Assembly (NCBI GenBank): GCA_043228905.1
Contig: JBHGNT010000015.1
Coordinates: 16,802,001 to 16,866,000, forward strand
DNA from: Azolla caroliniana
Lineage: Eukaryota > Plantae > Polypodiophyta
DNA length: 64,000 nucleotides
Direction of reading: 5' to 3'
This document shows positions 49,584-61,804 of this stretch, piece after piece. Positions within the stretch are counted from its first letter, which is position 1. Each line of letters starts with the position of its first letter. Both the position numbers and the translations under genes were made by a program. Under the pieces are notes generated by a model that was not told where the DNA came from, did not search any database, and worked only from the letters and a program-made list of their open reading frames with translations.

Positions 49584-52500
49584 TCACTCCAAGCTTCGCA
49601 CAACACCAACTTCAGCTGGTCGCAAAACTCTATCATGCAACATATAGCCCACCTATACAAAATATATAAGGGGGAAAAAATCAGAATCAAATTGATCCCT
49701 AAGCCAGTTTTTTAGAACTTACAATATGCATAAAAACAGATCTACCTTGACCACAACAGCAACGGTGCCAGCTTCTTTAGTTGGGTCAGGCACTTCAAAT
49801 AAAGCAAGATGAGAGTTTGGGTCGAATTGCTGACCAGTAGGTTCAAATTTCTCGACTCCAAACTTCTTGAAAACCTGGAAGTATAAGACCACTTAAAACT
49901 TGTAATTGCTTCACTTCTTGAAATTCTACATATATACGTAGAATAACCATTTAAAGCTTGTGCTTGTTTCAATTCCAAACTTCTTGGAAACCTACAACTA
50001 CAATTTCTGATTTTCAAAATTTCTACTGCAAAACCATTTAAACTTTATGATTTTGCAAATCCAAACTTCTTGAAACCTACAAGAAGAAAACAACGAAAAA
50101 CTTGTGATTTTTCAATACTAAACTTCTTGAACACTAAAAATCGAAAACCATTTAAAACTTGTGGATTCAATTCCAAACTTGTTGAGGACATATAAATAGA
50201 AACCAGTAACATTGGTAGTTTTCTCAAATTTAAACTCTTGAAAACCTACAAGTAGAAGACCATTTACAGCTTTGGTTTTTTAAACTCCAAATTTCTTAGA
50301 AATCTACAAGTGGAAAGCCATTAAGATTTGTGAATTTCAATTCAAAATTTCTTGAAGACCAACTAGAAAAATCCTTTAAAACTAGTGTTTTTCACAAGTC
50401 CCAAACTTCTTGAAAATTTACAAGTAAACAAGACCATTGCATCTTCCCCATAATCTTTCTATCAGATAGAATATGAGGTCTTATTACCTTCATGAGCTCT
50501 TTCTCTGTGAGCATTAGTCCTTCAAGCAAACTGTGAAGAAGTTTACCAGTCTCAGATTGATCCGTAGCAAGTCCTTTCTGAACTTCCTCAGGAACTGTCA
50601 TTAAAGCCCTTCTCACATTGTCAGCCACATCGAGTAAATTCTTGGCGAATCCCTGTAATATATGTAGCATTGATCAATGAAGTTCAAAACTACCTTTCTT
50701 ATTATTAATTATAGATATATCTGAATGGCTATACCTGTATAGCAAACTTTTTTGCATTATCCGACTCTCGTTGCAACCTAGTCTTCACATTATCTAGCTC
50801 TGCCTTGCTAGATACAGCTCTCTCTTTCAGTTCAGTTAATTGAGACTCTTTCTCTGCTATCAACGCTTCCACAGTTGATATGGCATTAAGAATGGCTTCG
50901 TTATCTTCTTCAGACATTTCAGATTGCTCTTTTTCACTCTTCCCAGAAGATTCAGGCTCTCCTGTTGTTTGATCCTGCTCACTTCCAGATTGTTCATGCT
51001 TGGCCACCTCTTCAGATGTTTCTTCTGCAGAAGAATCTGAATTGGAATCCTTCTCTGCCATGGGAGATGCAGAAGTGGAAAGCCTCAAAGCATGTGTTGC
51101 AAAAATTGCATACCTGTAAGTGCTTCTTGGCAATGTCTGCCATTGCTGAAATACCGAAAGTCAGCCTTCTTAAAGAAAAAATAATCCACAGATGAAGGAG
51201 CAGGGATTCTCATACGCATATTTATATAGTTAAGGAATCACATTCTATGGAGGGACAATTGTTCAACTAAAATGTAGATGCTAGGATTTAGACTCTGAAC
51301 TTTTATGTCTACGGTTAATTGGAACAAAACTCTAAGTTGCATGCAGGTGTCTCACCTTAAAATCTATCAGAAACGATGAGGGTAGAATGAGTGTTTAGGA
51401 CAACGAAGCACGCATACTTTTATATCTAGAAACGACTCATACAAATAAGGAAATAATATCATCAATTACATTCAAGAAGGTAAATACACAGATTTAAATT
51501 CTTATATAAAGCTATTTTACTCTATAGCATCACAATCCAGGATATACAGCTCTCCAAAAGTGGAAGCAGGAACTTTGAAGCAGTGTTTTAAATGCCATGT
51601 TTATCCTCAAATTTTTGCGCTTTTTTCTTCTGTAATTTCTTTACTTTTATTCTACATGCCACATGGGCAGAGGACTTTAATCAACTAATGTATTCTGCAG
51701 ACATCGGGACCTTTAGTCCTTCTCAATTCTCCCAAGAACTTCTAATTCTAATTTCTTTACTCGGTCTAATTTCCGACAGAGTATGAGTGAACAGCATCAA
51801 CTTCTAAAGTCTGTCCAGACATAACTATTTAACATCTTAATTTAATATGAAATTAAACAATTTCATGTTTCTTTCATGATTGGAAACATGGAAACTAAAC
51901 CATTGATCATAAAATGGAAACATAGAAATTTGATGTTTCCTTCATGATCGGAAAAGTTTCGTTTCTGAGATAAACATGTCTCCCGAAAAAGTTCACTTAT
52001 CATTAAAACAGACAGCTGTTTTTCAAATTTTTACACATGACGTGTTTCAATTTATTTGAAAATAGATTTGTGAATATAACCTATTTTCCTGCTACAGAAG
52101 TATAAGGAGGGCAGGGAGTTGAATGGTGTCAGGTATAATTTAAATGTCATCTATGTGAAACTCCCCTAAAGAGCCTCAGTAAACACAGTCAATGGAATTG
52201 CAAGGGAATCCTGTTATACTAGCCCAAGAAATTCCAGGTTTTAAATAGCTAGTTGTTGAAACATTGAATGCTCATATGGCAACATTAATGAGTCACACCT
52301 CCTTTCCATGAGTCAATGTAATGGTCTCTCATTGTAACACTTGATTGAACCATCCTAACACAAGCATATCATTCTTGCATTTGTGTCTCTCCTAATCATC
52401 TTTCTTTTAAATCACTCATTTCACATTAATACATCAAATAAGTTTCAAGAATGAATCTAACCATAATACACCCTAATTAAGACCTTTCACAGGGTGCATC

Positions 52501-53350
52501 CAGAATTTCCCAATGTACTGCCATGTTACTCCAGGCATCAGTTCAATTGTATGCAGTTGAGCAACAAATCTTAAATTGTGTCTCTTCTCTAATTGCTTGT
52601 TGATTACTCCGTCCGTGTATAGTGATATCATGATCAATCGATTATTCTCATGATCCTTATACTCTTATAACAAGATGTCGCACCCAACCGGAGGTGTTGC
52701 ATTTCCTGTGATGGATGTAGAGCCGAGAAGCTCATGACAATCTGCAAGAAGTATCTGATAACAATCTGAAAAACATGTTGTTGATTGAATCCCACGTACT
52801 CTTGAGTGCGTCACTGTTTCCTTATCAAAAATCTTCACTTTAAGAAGGCTACTTTCCTAAAATAAATGTTTTTCTTCATATGAGACTCACAAAAGAACTG
52901 CAACTGCAAGAAGCCTCTCATGACCGTCGCAAAAAATATGTTTCCAAATATTTTTTTATGCGAGCCTTATTGTTTCCTTATTGAAAATCTTCACTTTAAG
53001 AATGTCTTAGTTTTCAGAATCCGCCATTCCCTCTGGCAGAAAATCGTTTTGTTTCAAAAGAGAACGAAGTGAAAAGGCTTTATTGAACAAATATGCGGTA
53101 ATCTCTAAATTAAAGAACACAAAAAAAAAAAAAAAAAAAAAACAATTCACATAAAACTGGCGTGTTGCGTTCAACTGGAGTATAACTACTGGAAGACGAA
53201 ATTTACCTGGAAGAGAGGAGGGGTGAGCTTGGATGCAGGGGGGTGCTGCAGGGGGGGGGAGCATGGAGACCTTGAAGGAGGATGGATATTGGGGAAGCGA
53301 GGCTCTCTGGAGACCCTTGGCAGTCTTGCACAGAATTGCTTCAGGTTCAT
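49584..53350 (-). CDS. GrpE nucleotide-exchange factor, mitochondrial (MGE) type; exons 53350-53207, 51145-50735, 50652-50488, 49874-49746, 49652-49584 (an extra exon near 52741 is possible)
   Basis: Motifs KAELDNVKTRLQRESDNAKKFAIQGFAKNLLDVADN, LLEGLMLTEKEL, FDPNSHLALFE, VGYMLHDRVLRPAEVGV; transit-peptide-like N-terminus; GT-AG introns in frame. Confidence 0.9.
49875..50430 (-). repeat. Degenerate ~55-60-bp minisatellite filling a GrpE intron
   Basis: About nine copies of a (gt)aggttttcaagaagtttgga...caagttttaaatggt-like unit on the minus strand. Confidence 0.75.
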
Positions 53351-53427
53351 AGCTCCTCTCAGAAGGAAGAAGAAGGAAGAAGAAGAAGAAGAAGACAATG
53401 AATGAATGAATGAAATGAGGGAGGGAG

Positions 53428-53510
53428 TATGTTTGTATGTATGTGTATGTGTATGTGTTATGTTTATGTGTATGTGTTATGTTTATGTGTATGTGTATGT
53501 GTATGTGTAT
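53428..53510. repeat. (TGTATG)n-type microsatellite, left flank of the MULE
   Basis: Read directly. Confidence 0.95.
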
Positions 53511-56500
53511 GCGACGTGTCTATTATGACACAAATCATAAAGAGGGCTGGTGAGGGAATCGCGGCCACAGACGGTGCAGGTTGCTCAGAGAAGGCGCGTG
53601 CAATCTGCATCGTCGAATTTCGATAAGGAAGAACGCGCGAAAAAAAAAGTTGTGCAGAGGTCGCCCAACCTTGTCAGAGGTCGCCCAACCGTTGGGTGAC
53701 CAGTTTAAGCAGGTTGCCCAACTGCTTTAGGGCTTATATTGAGTTGGTCACCCAACCAACTCAATAAAAGATGCAGGTCGCCCAACCGTTTATTTTTAAA
53801 GCGGTTGGGTGACTTGCAAAAGTAGGTTGCCCAACTGCTTTAGGGTTTATATTGAGTTGGTCACCCAACCAACCCAATAAAAGATGTAGGTCGCCCAACC
53901 CTTTATTTTTAAAGTGGTTGGGTCACCAGTTGAAGCAGGTTGCCCAACTGCTTTAGGGTTTATATTGAGTTGGTCACCCAACCAACCCAATAAAAGATGT
54001 AGGTCGCCCAACCGATGACTATAAAAGCCTAAAACCTGTCATTATCTCTCATTTTTTCAAACGAGATTGACAGGTTTCTTTTGCCGGGAAAGAGTTGGGC
54101 GTTAGGCGGCCTGCAATCAACATACACAACAATCAATCTCCTCCATCACTATTCCCAGGTATGTACTAAACCCTATCGCATCACTTTTTCTGTTTTTTTT
54201 ACATGTGGTAGGAATAGTTGAGGGATTAGGGTTTGGAGTAGTTGAGGGATTTTGTTTCTTGTTGAGGGATTACAAGGATAAGGATTCATTACTAAAATCA
54301 TGTAGAAGGCTCTACCTCAGACATGAAATCTATGCATTGAATAAGGTAGCAGTATTCGATATTGCATCCTGAGTCTTTTAACTGCATAGTTAAGGTACAA
54401 AACATGGATATGCCATCACTATTATCCCCCCAAAACAAATGGAAAAAATAGTAATAATAATCACGAAGTTGCATTTGAATTGTCTCGATCCTTGGTTTGA
54501 TTGATTCAAAAAGGGGTATTTCAATCTTCCCCCTAAGATCATCCACATCAATTACCACATTTTTTTAATCTTCTTCGAGAATGTGTAACACTTTTCGTTG
54601 AGCGGCATGCAAGCATACTCTACATAACGAAAGGAAAACTATCTTATGGTCTATCAATTACACATTCACTCATCATCATAATCATGGTTCCATACCATCA
54701 TCAATAGCCTTACCCCCTCTTCATAAACCTTCTTACTTCTTTAATCTTGTACTCTCTCTAGTTTACCAACACCAGAGACTCTGGCTTTGATTCAATTAAC
54801 TCTCTTTTATTGACAATCCCCAGAGACAGCTCTGTGCCATGTTTAAACTGTCTCAATCCTTGTTTGATTCAGAATGGCATTGATTTAACCCTGAAGTCAT
54901 TCATATCATTATCATCAAATTTTTTTTGTCATCAACAATGTGTAACAATCTCATTGTCATCTTTTCTTTTCTTCATTTTTTTAGTCATCAATAATGTGTA
55001 ACAATGGCACTAAAGCATTGCCATTGTTCCATCCTCATCTTTTTTTCTTAGAGGTCACATCAACCACATTCACTGCAACACATGACTTTTCCTTTTAGGA
55101 CAAACCACATTTACTAAATCATTTAACCTTCATCTATTGTTTTGCACACAATCCTTACATACAGGGAGGGTCACCACCATCATCATTATATTCCTCCTCC
55201 TCTAATTAGGGATTTGGAACATGATAAGTAGGATATAACATATGGGGAGATTTGGAAGTGAGGGATTAGGGTTTAGGGTTTAGGGTTTAATGATTTGCTT
55301 GCTTAAACTTAATATTGTGTGTGTTTGAGTATTAAATTCAAAAAATGTTTGATTACTTGAATGGTGGTAGATGGCTTCCAAGTCCAAGTACAAAGATTGG
55401 TGGGATTTCGATAACAGTGACATATATCCAACTCAAGAGAGGTATGTCACGAACCAATCTCCCCTAATACTGGTTTAGGGTTTGATGCATGTATGTTGAC
55501 TCGTGATTTGTTAAAGGGTCTTCGTTAGAAGACATTGGTGGGGGAGTTCTTACAAGGATGGATATCTCCGACTTTTGTAAGTGTAATTGCAATGCCTTAT
55601 TCATGTGGATTGTGTATAGATGTGTTCTTATACATATTTGGTGACAGGGCACATAGATGTGGTTCACCAAACACGAAGTGGATTCACTTCGGAATCATAT
55701 GGACGAGTGGGCACGAAGGGTACTAGGATTTGCACCTGCGACCGGTGGCTCCATATTGTAAATTTTGTGAATGTTGTTTTCAGCACAAATTTTGCTATAG
55801 AGCTGATGTTATAACTATATTTTGGAATCCACACAAATTTTGTATAGCGAGAATCGACTCATTGTATATCGCGATTACTTATTAATGGAAATGTTGTTTA
55901 CAACAAGTGTTTATCTCAAGTTGATTTGTTGTTTTAAACCAATCACAAGTTGTGATCTAAAGGTGATTGTTGTTTTCAACCAATCTAAGTTGTGATCTAA
56001 AGTTGATTTGTTGTTTTAAAAGTTTCTCAAGTTGTGATCTCCAATAGATTTGACGTTTTAACCAATCATCTACTTAATCCTTTCTCTATCTTATTGGTAA
56101 ATTCTAATTTCACACAACTCCTAGTTCCTAAAAGACTTTCAATTGACTTTAGCAACGTTCCTAGAACCTTCCTCGCGTATGTCTAAAAAAAGGACTTTTT
56201 TTATTTCTTTAATGAACTACGATTTTTCATTCAACGGAGAAACCAAGTTGCCCAAACATCTTTAAATTAATTCTCTTTTGATATGGTCACCCAACCAGGT
56301 TGCCCAAACCTCTTAAAATTAATTCTCTTTTAATATGGTAACCCAACAAGGTTGCCCAAACCTCTTAAAATTTATTCTATGTTGATATGGTCACCCAACC
56401 AGGTTGCCCAAACCTCTTACAATTAATTCTCTTTTGATACGGTCACCCAACCAGGTTGCCCAAACCTCTTAAAATTAATTTTCTTTTGATATGGTCACCC

Positions 56501-59035
56501 AACCAGGTTGCCCAAACCTCTTGCAATTAATTCTCTTTTGATATGGTCACCCAACCAGGTTGCCCAAACCTCATAATCCAGGTCACCCAACCTGTTACCT
56601 AAACGGCCAAAAAAACGGTCACATTTTAAGTCATATTAAACCCTTCACCGTCTTAATCAAGTTCTTATAATCACATTCTCTGCCTTAATCACATTCTCTG
56701 TTTTAATCACGTTCTTATAATCCCATTCTCTATCTTAATTAGGTTCAATTAATTACATTCTCTAGCTTAATCAGATTCTTGTAATCACCGTCTCTATCTT
56801 AATCATAATCCCAAATGCCATGGGAGTTGGTATCCCATTATGGTACATGATATGTAGTTCTGATAAGGGGTCTAACCATGAGCAAGTAGCTTTAGAAACT
56901 TGCTTGAGAGTCATATTTGCACGGATGCCCAATGTGAGGCCAAATGCCATAGTCATCGATAAAAGTTGGACATCATATAATGCCATAAGTAATGTGATTG
57001 CAACAGACCGATTATCTTGGATAGTTACAAATGGGCAAAGGTCGCAAACACATTGTCGACTTTTGTTGTGTCACTTCCACGCAAAAAAAGCATGGTTGGA
57101 CAATTTGTTGCCAAAGGTAAGTGTAACTGAGAGAAACCATCTTTATAATCGGATGTGCCAACTCATGCAATGCATTACGGAATCCACATTCAATGCCCAA
57201 TGTGAGGAGTTAAAGGTAGAATATGCAAACAAGCCAGGTGTTTGGCAATATATAGAAGGAGGATGGTGTGGCTTGACATGTGTGTGGAGGAAACTGTGGC
57301 CCAAATTTGGTAGAATGTTCAACTACAGACATGTTGACACTACCAATCTCATGGAGAGACATTGGCAGTTTATCAAATATACTGCCTTAAGAGGGAGGAT
57401 AAACCGATCAATTACCGATCTCGTGCATGTTTTAATCGGGGACAGTCAAACTGGCACTTGCATCGGGGGTACTGTTATTGAATGGTACAAGCAACGACAA
57501 GAAATATGTGAGAGTGGTAGATTTGCACCACGTGCAAATTGTAGGGATCAAACAACAAGACTTAAAGAGGCCGAAAGGCTACTAGAGGGGTATGAAACTA
57601 ATGATGCGACAATGCATATTGTGGACGAGCCCCGATATTGGTTTAAAATATTGAGCTTGACAAAACCGAATGTATGGTATAATGTATCGCTCCAATGTTC
57701 ATATTGTGATTGCCAAAACCCTACGAGTAAATGTAAGCATATACTTGGCATCAGGATGATTATTGAGAGGCACATGCCACATCTATGTGGGTCATTGCCT
57801 TTTATAGATCATGCAACCCATATGCGCAATGACCATTTCACAGAGACGGAAGTGGAGACAGAAGTAGAACCAGTCGAGGAGACAAACCCTATAACATCAC
57901 AAATGGAGGAATGGGAGTCGAAAATACAAACGGTTGAGGGGGCTATTCAATGTCTTAGGCAAGGGTTACGATCCCTCGACCGTGCAACAATTTTGGCATG
58001 TATGGAGTCCATTGAAGAAATAGGTCAGACGCTGGTGTATCACCTAGGTGCACCGAAACCAACCAATGAAGAAGACCGTGGATCCATAGGGCGTAGGCAA
58101 GCAATTGGTGCAAAAAGGGGAGCATCAATCAACATTTCACAAGATCTTATTGGCAACTCCCCAAACACTTGCAAGGCACACACAGGAAAAATGCAAAGAG
58201 GCGCAAGTCAAGCTAGGAGGCGGTTGCCAATATGTGCAACAGAGAAGATGCGATGCTTGCATTGTGATGCCTTGACCTTTAGATCAAGGGACTCAAATGT
58301 TGATTGTTGCAAGAATTGTGGTCGCATCTTGCCATCATCTCTGGATGAGCCATAAACATAGCTTGGGTGGTTTTGCGGACCGGTGCATTTGGGTTTACAA
58401 TGTTTCAAGTGGATTTATGTTGATTTATGAGTGCATTTGGGAGTATGTCATATGTTGATTTATGTTTTAAGTTTCCTTATTCAAGTATGTCATCCTTTGA
58501 TTTGGGTTTATGGTGTTTAAAGTGGATTTACGTTCTCTGTTTTAAGTTTTATGTTTTTTAACTTTTAACTTTTATGTTTTAATATGATTATTTGTTTTAA
58601 CATAAGTATGGTAAAGATCGTCGATTTTGAATAATTTAAGGTTGGATTTTGTGACTGTTTGATATGTTATTGTAAGTTTTAAGGGTAATGAACAAGCTTA
58701 TTTGAAGATTTTGGTCGAAATGATACATTTGGTTGGGCGACCTGCAACGGTTGGGCGACCAATCGGTTGGGCAACCTGCAAATGTCAGGGTTGGGTGACC
58801 TAAAACGGTTGGGCGACTTGCAACAGTAAGAGTTGGGCGACTTGCAACAGTCAGAGTTGGGCGACCAACGACTCAGAGTTGGGCGACCTCTGACAACTTT
58901 TTTTTTCGCGCGTTCTTCCTTATCGAAATCTGACGGTGCAGATCGCACGCGCGTTCCTCTAAGCGACCTACACCGTCTGTGGCCGCGATTCCCTCACCAG
59001 CCCTCTTTATGATTTGATGCAGAATAGACACGAGC
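53511..59035 (+). mobile_element. Mutator-like element (MULE) with long TIRs and subterminal GGTCGCCCAACC repeats
   Basis: Left end gcgacgtgtctattatgacacaaatcataaagagggctggtgagggaatcgcggccacagacggtg is the reverse complement of the right end (~58870-59035) over ~170 bp. Encodes a transposase fragment. Internal arrays: 113 bp x3 (53700-54010) and 52 bp x6 (56245-56575). Confidence 0.9.
56820..58355 (+). CDS. MULE transposase C-terminal part (DDE catalytic region and SWIM zinc finger)
   Basis: GIPLWYM...PNAIVIDK...LLCHFHAKKAW (CxxH)...TTNLMERHW, SWIM motif CDC...CKH and C-terminal CxxC-CxxC. The first catalytic Asp region is not in this ORF. A decayed N-terminal exon-like block lies at ~55371-55760. 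Confidence 0.8.
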   Translation: MGVGIPLWYMICSSDKGSNHEQVALETCLRVIFARMPNVRPNAIVIDKSWTSYNAISNVIATDRLSWIVTNGQRSQTHCRLLLCHFHAKKAWLDNLLPKVSVTERNHLYNRMCQLMQCITESTFNAQCEELKVEYANKPGVWQYIEGGWCGLTCVWRKLWPKFGRMFNYRHVDTTNLMERHWQFIKYTALRGRINRSITDLVHVLIGDSQTGTCIGGTVIEWYKQRQEICESGRFAPRANCRDQTTRLKEAERLLEGYETNDATMHIVDEPRYWFKILSLTKPNVWYNVSLQCSYCDCQNPTSKCKHILGIRMIIERHMPHLCGSLPFIDHATHMRNDHFTETEVETEVEPVEETNPITSQMEEWESKIQTVEGAIQCLRQGLRSLDRATILACMESIEEIGQTLVYHLGAPKPTNEEDRGSIGRRQAIGAKRGASINISQDLIGNSPNTCKAHTGKMQRGASQARRRLPICATEKMRCLHCDALTFRSRDSNVDCCKNCGRILPSSLDEP

Positions 59036-59036
59036 A

Positions 59037-59103
<67 letters not shown>

Positions 59104-59104
59104 T
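59036..59104. repeat. (TGTATG)n/(TG)n microsatellite between two MULE ends
   Basis: Read directly. Confidence 0.95.
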
Positions 59105-60900
59105 GCGACGTGTTTGTTTGCACCTAAATCATAAATAGGCCTGGCGAGGGAATCGCGGCCACGGATGGTGCAGGTCGCTCAGCTTAGGGTGCATGTGAGC
59201 TGCACCATCTTATTTGGATTTTTTTTAATTGCGGGAATAAAAAAAGTTGTCAGTAGTCGCCCAACTATCACCAGCTCGTCCTCCTAACCGAATATGGTCA
59301 CCATAAACAAATGTGGTCACCCAACTATCACAAGCCAGCCGCCCAACCAAATGTGGTCACCCAAATAACACAAGTATAAAACCTTGAAACTTGTCATTTT
59401 GTCACACTTTTTTAACAAGACTATCAGGGTTTTGTGGCGGGAAAACAAAATCAACCATCCAACTAGTGGCCATCACCATTGCCATCATCACCTTCTTTGC
59501 CTCCTACGAAAGCAGTAAAATAGCCCCATCATAAGAAGCAATAAGAAACATCAATAACATACAAGTTTGAATAAGGTTTTCCACTAGTCTTCTCTCTCTA
59601 GTTTGATTTGATTGAACCTTATAGTATCCTTCATGCGATTGATATGGAGGGCAAGAATACGATAGCAATGTAGTAGACCATCAATTTGTGCCAATGGATA
59701 TGGCGTATTTTTATTGTTTTGATATGATTGCATGCATTAAAGGGAGAAAACGTAAGCCGAGAGATGGCTGGGATATATATGCTTGGAATATGCACAAGTC
59801 AATGCTAACTAAGTGGAAGAAATTTGTCTTGCTCATTCATTTCCTTCTAATGCTATGAAGCAAGACAAACATATTGTTATGAATAATATTTCCCAAGCAC
59901 GTATTAATGTTGATGAAGCAAAGAACCATATTTGTGTTTTATCTCAATCTTAGGTTTCTGGGAACATTAGAACTGGTAATGGCCAAAAAGCGATTCTAAA
60001 AGCCTTGTTAAGCTTTGCTTTTTGAAATATAGAGTAAGCCTCCTCTTTATTAATGTTAATGCAACAACAAGCATCTCCAAAACTTTGCATCCTAAAACCA
60101 TATTATTAGGGAATGAGAATGAGAATAATTGAAAAATATAATATCTGGATACGAGCAGATGAAGTGAATGAGCATGATAAGGGTTTGCGCATCGCCAAAT
60201 CCCAAGATTTGAGTTGGCATGGTTCGGGGCCCCACCACACTATGACTTAAGAGAAAGATGGAGATTATGTAAAGAAAAAAATATATGACGTATCAAGCCA
60301 GTAAAAAAACACAGGAGCAAGACAATGATCTTGTGGTTGAAGACAAATTGAGGGTGCTACTGAGGGAATATTTGACACATTGAGCTCGAGGGTTGAAAGT
60401 TACAAAAGGAATGGGTGAATCAAGGTGAGTTTATTGACCTCGTGGAAGCTCGAGAAGAAGACATGAATGGGCCTAACATTAGCTTGACATGTGCACAATT
60501 ACCACATGAGAATAACTAACACCCATAAGATAGTGGTGGAAGGCCGAAGCACTATGTTGTAAGGCCAAATGGGAAGGAGTGAAGATGAAGAAAGAAATTT
60601 GGAAGTCAAGAGAAAGTTGGATGAAGTTAAGTATTTGAAAGAAAGAAAGGTTGACAGTGCATTGTGTGCCTCTACAATTAAAGTCTGAACCCCAAAAAAT
60701 CAAGTACAATGGACATGAATGGAATTCAACTAAAAGATTGTTCTCTAAGAATGTGGGAAGAGAAAGAACCCAACTAGGATAGTGTAATTAAGTCTATGAT
60801 GAGCCTCGTGCTACATTTGAATACCAAGGTATCATGAATGGTCATGGATGCAAATGTTATGTATTTATTAACAATCTCAATGATGCAACTCTAACATGCA
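59105..60900 (+). mobile_element. Second, diverged member of the same MULE family (left TIR and decayed interior; right end not found)
   Basis: gcgacgtgtttgtttgcacctaaatcataaataggcctggcgagggaatcgcggccacggatggtgcaggtcgctcag aligns with 53511 onward, followed by gtcgcccaac/ggtcacccaa motifs. The right boundary is a guess. Confidence 0.7.
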
Positions 60901-60904
60901 TTAT

Positions 60905-61804
60905 TAGGAGGAGGGGATGACTTTGGTGATAAAAGCACACAAGGTTTCTTTTTTTCACCATCGACAATATCCACTCAACTCCTATTACTACCAAATCTCA
61001 AGTTGTGTTGGAATTGGTTAGCCCAATTAGGGATCGGCAATGACTTGGCTCAAGCCTAAACCGTTTGGCTAAAGCGGCTTAGAGGCTCAACTCGGATTAG
61101 GCTTGAGCCAGCCTTAATGGTTTGAGGTCAGCTAGATTCGGCTCGGCTTGAGCTGAGCCAAACCGGTTAAGCTGTTTAGAAACTTGTGATAAAGAGAGGG
61201 AGGGAGGGAGACTACACAAACAAGAGAGAGAGAGGGAGGGAGAGAGAGAGAGAGGGGAGGCAAAGAGCTTGTATTCTACATAATTGATCGTCAAAGAGAG
61301 AGAGGGAGGTTTCCAAACAGTTTGACAAGTCGTTTCCCAAACCGGTTTAGGATCGGTTTGGTTCAGATTTGAGAACCCCAAAATGGTTTAGGCTTAACCG
61401 GATTGGCCTTGTTTGGCTTGGATAAGGTCAAACCAGCTAAGCCTAAACCGAACCGTTGTCGATCCGTAAGCCCAATAACTCTTTGGACTCTATGGAAACA
61501 ACGATGTAGACGGGTCTTCTCAAACTAAACAACGCATGTAGTAATGTTAATGCAAGAGATATGGAGTGAAGTTGATGCCACTGTAAAGAGCCGATACGAT
61601 GGCCTTAAGGGCGGCTCCGATGGAGTCAAAAGACAACGACTAGCCTTCATCCAACAATGGTCGTCCTCTACCTTTTTTGCTCCAGTGGGCATCCACATAA
61701 GATGGAATTATCGTGTCCCTACAAGGATTTGTATATAACACTCTCATCTGTAAAATTTTATAACTAATGAAAGGTGTTTTTTTCATAGAAAAGAAGAAGA
61801 AGAA
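60905..61804 (+). mobile_element. 5'-truncated LINE 3' end (same family as 4726-6234), interrupted by a MITE
   Basis: Aligns to ~5790-6230. (GAA)n/A-rich tail. TSD atgcattat at 60896-60904 and 61805-61813. Confidence 0.88.
61028..61468. mobile_element. hAT-type MITE nested in the LINE
   Basis: Imperfect TIRs tagggatcggcaa / ttgtcgatccgta. Perfect 8-bp TSD agcccaat (61020-61027, 61469-61476). The other LINE copy has a single agcccaat at 5905-5912. Confidence 0.9.

Noticed and set aside
56245-56575. CRISPR-like 52-bp periodic array
   Set aside because: The apparent spacers are near-identical, and the array lies inside a MULE.
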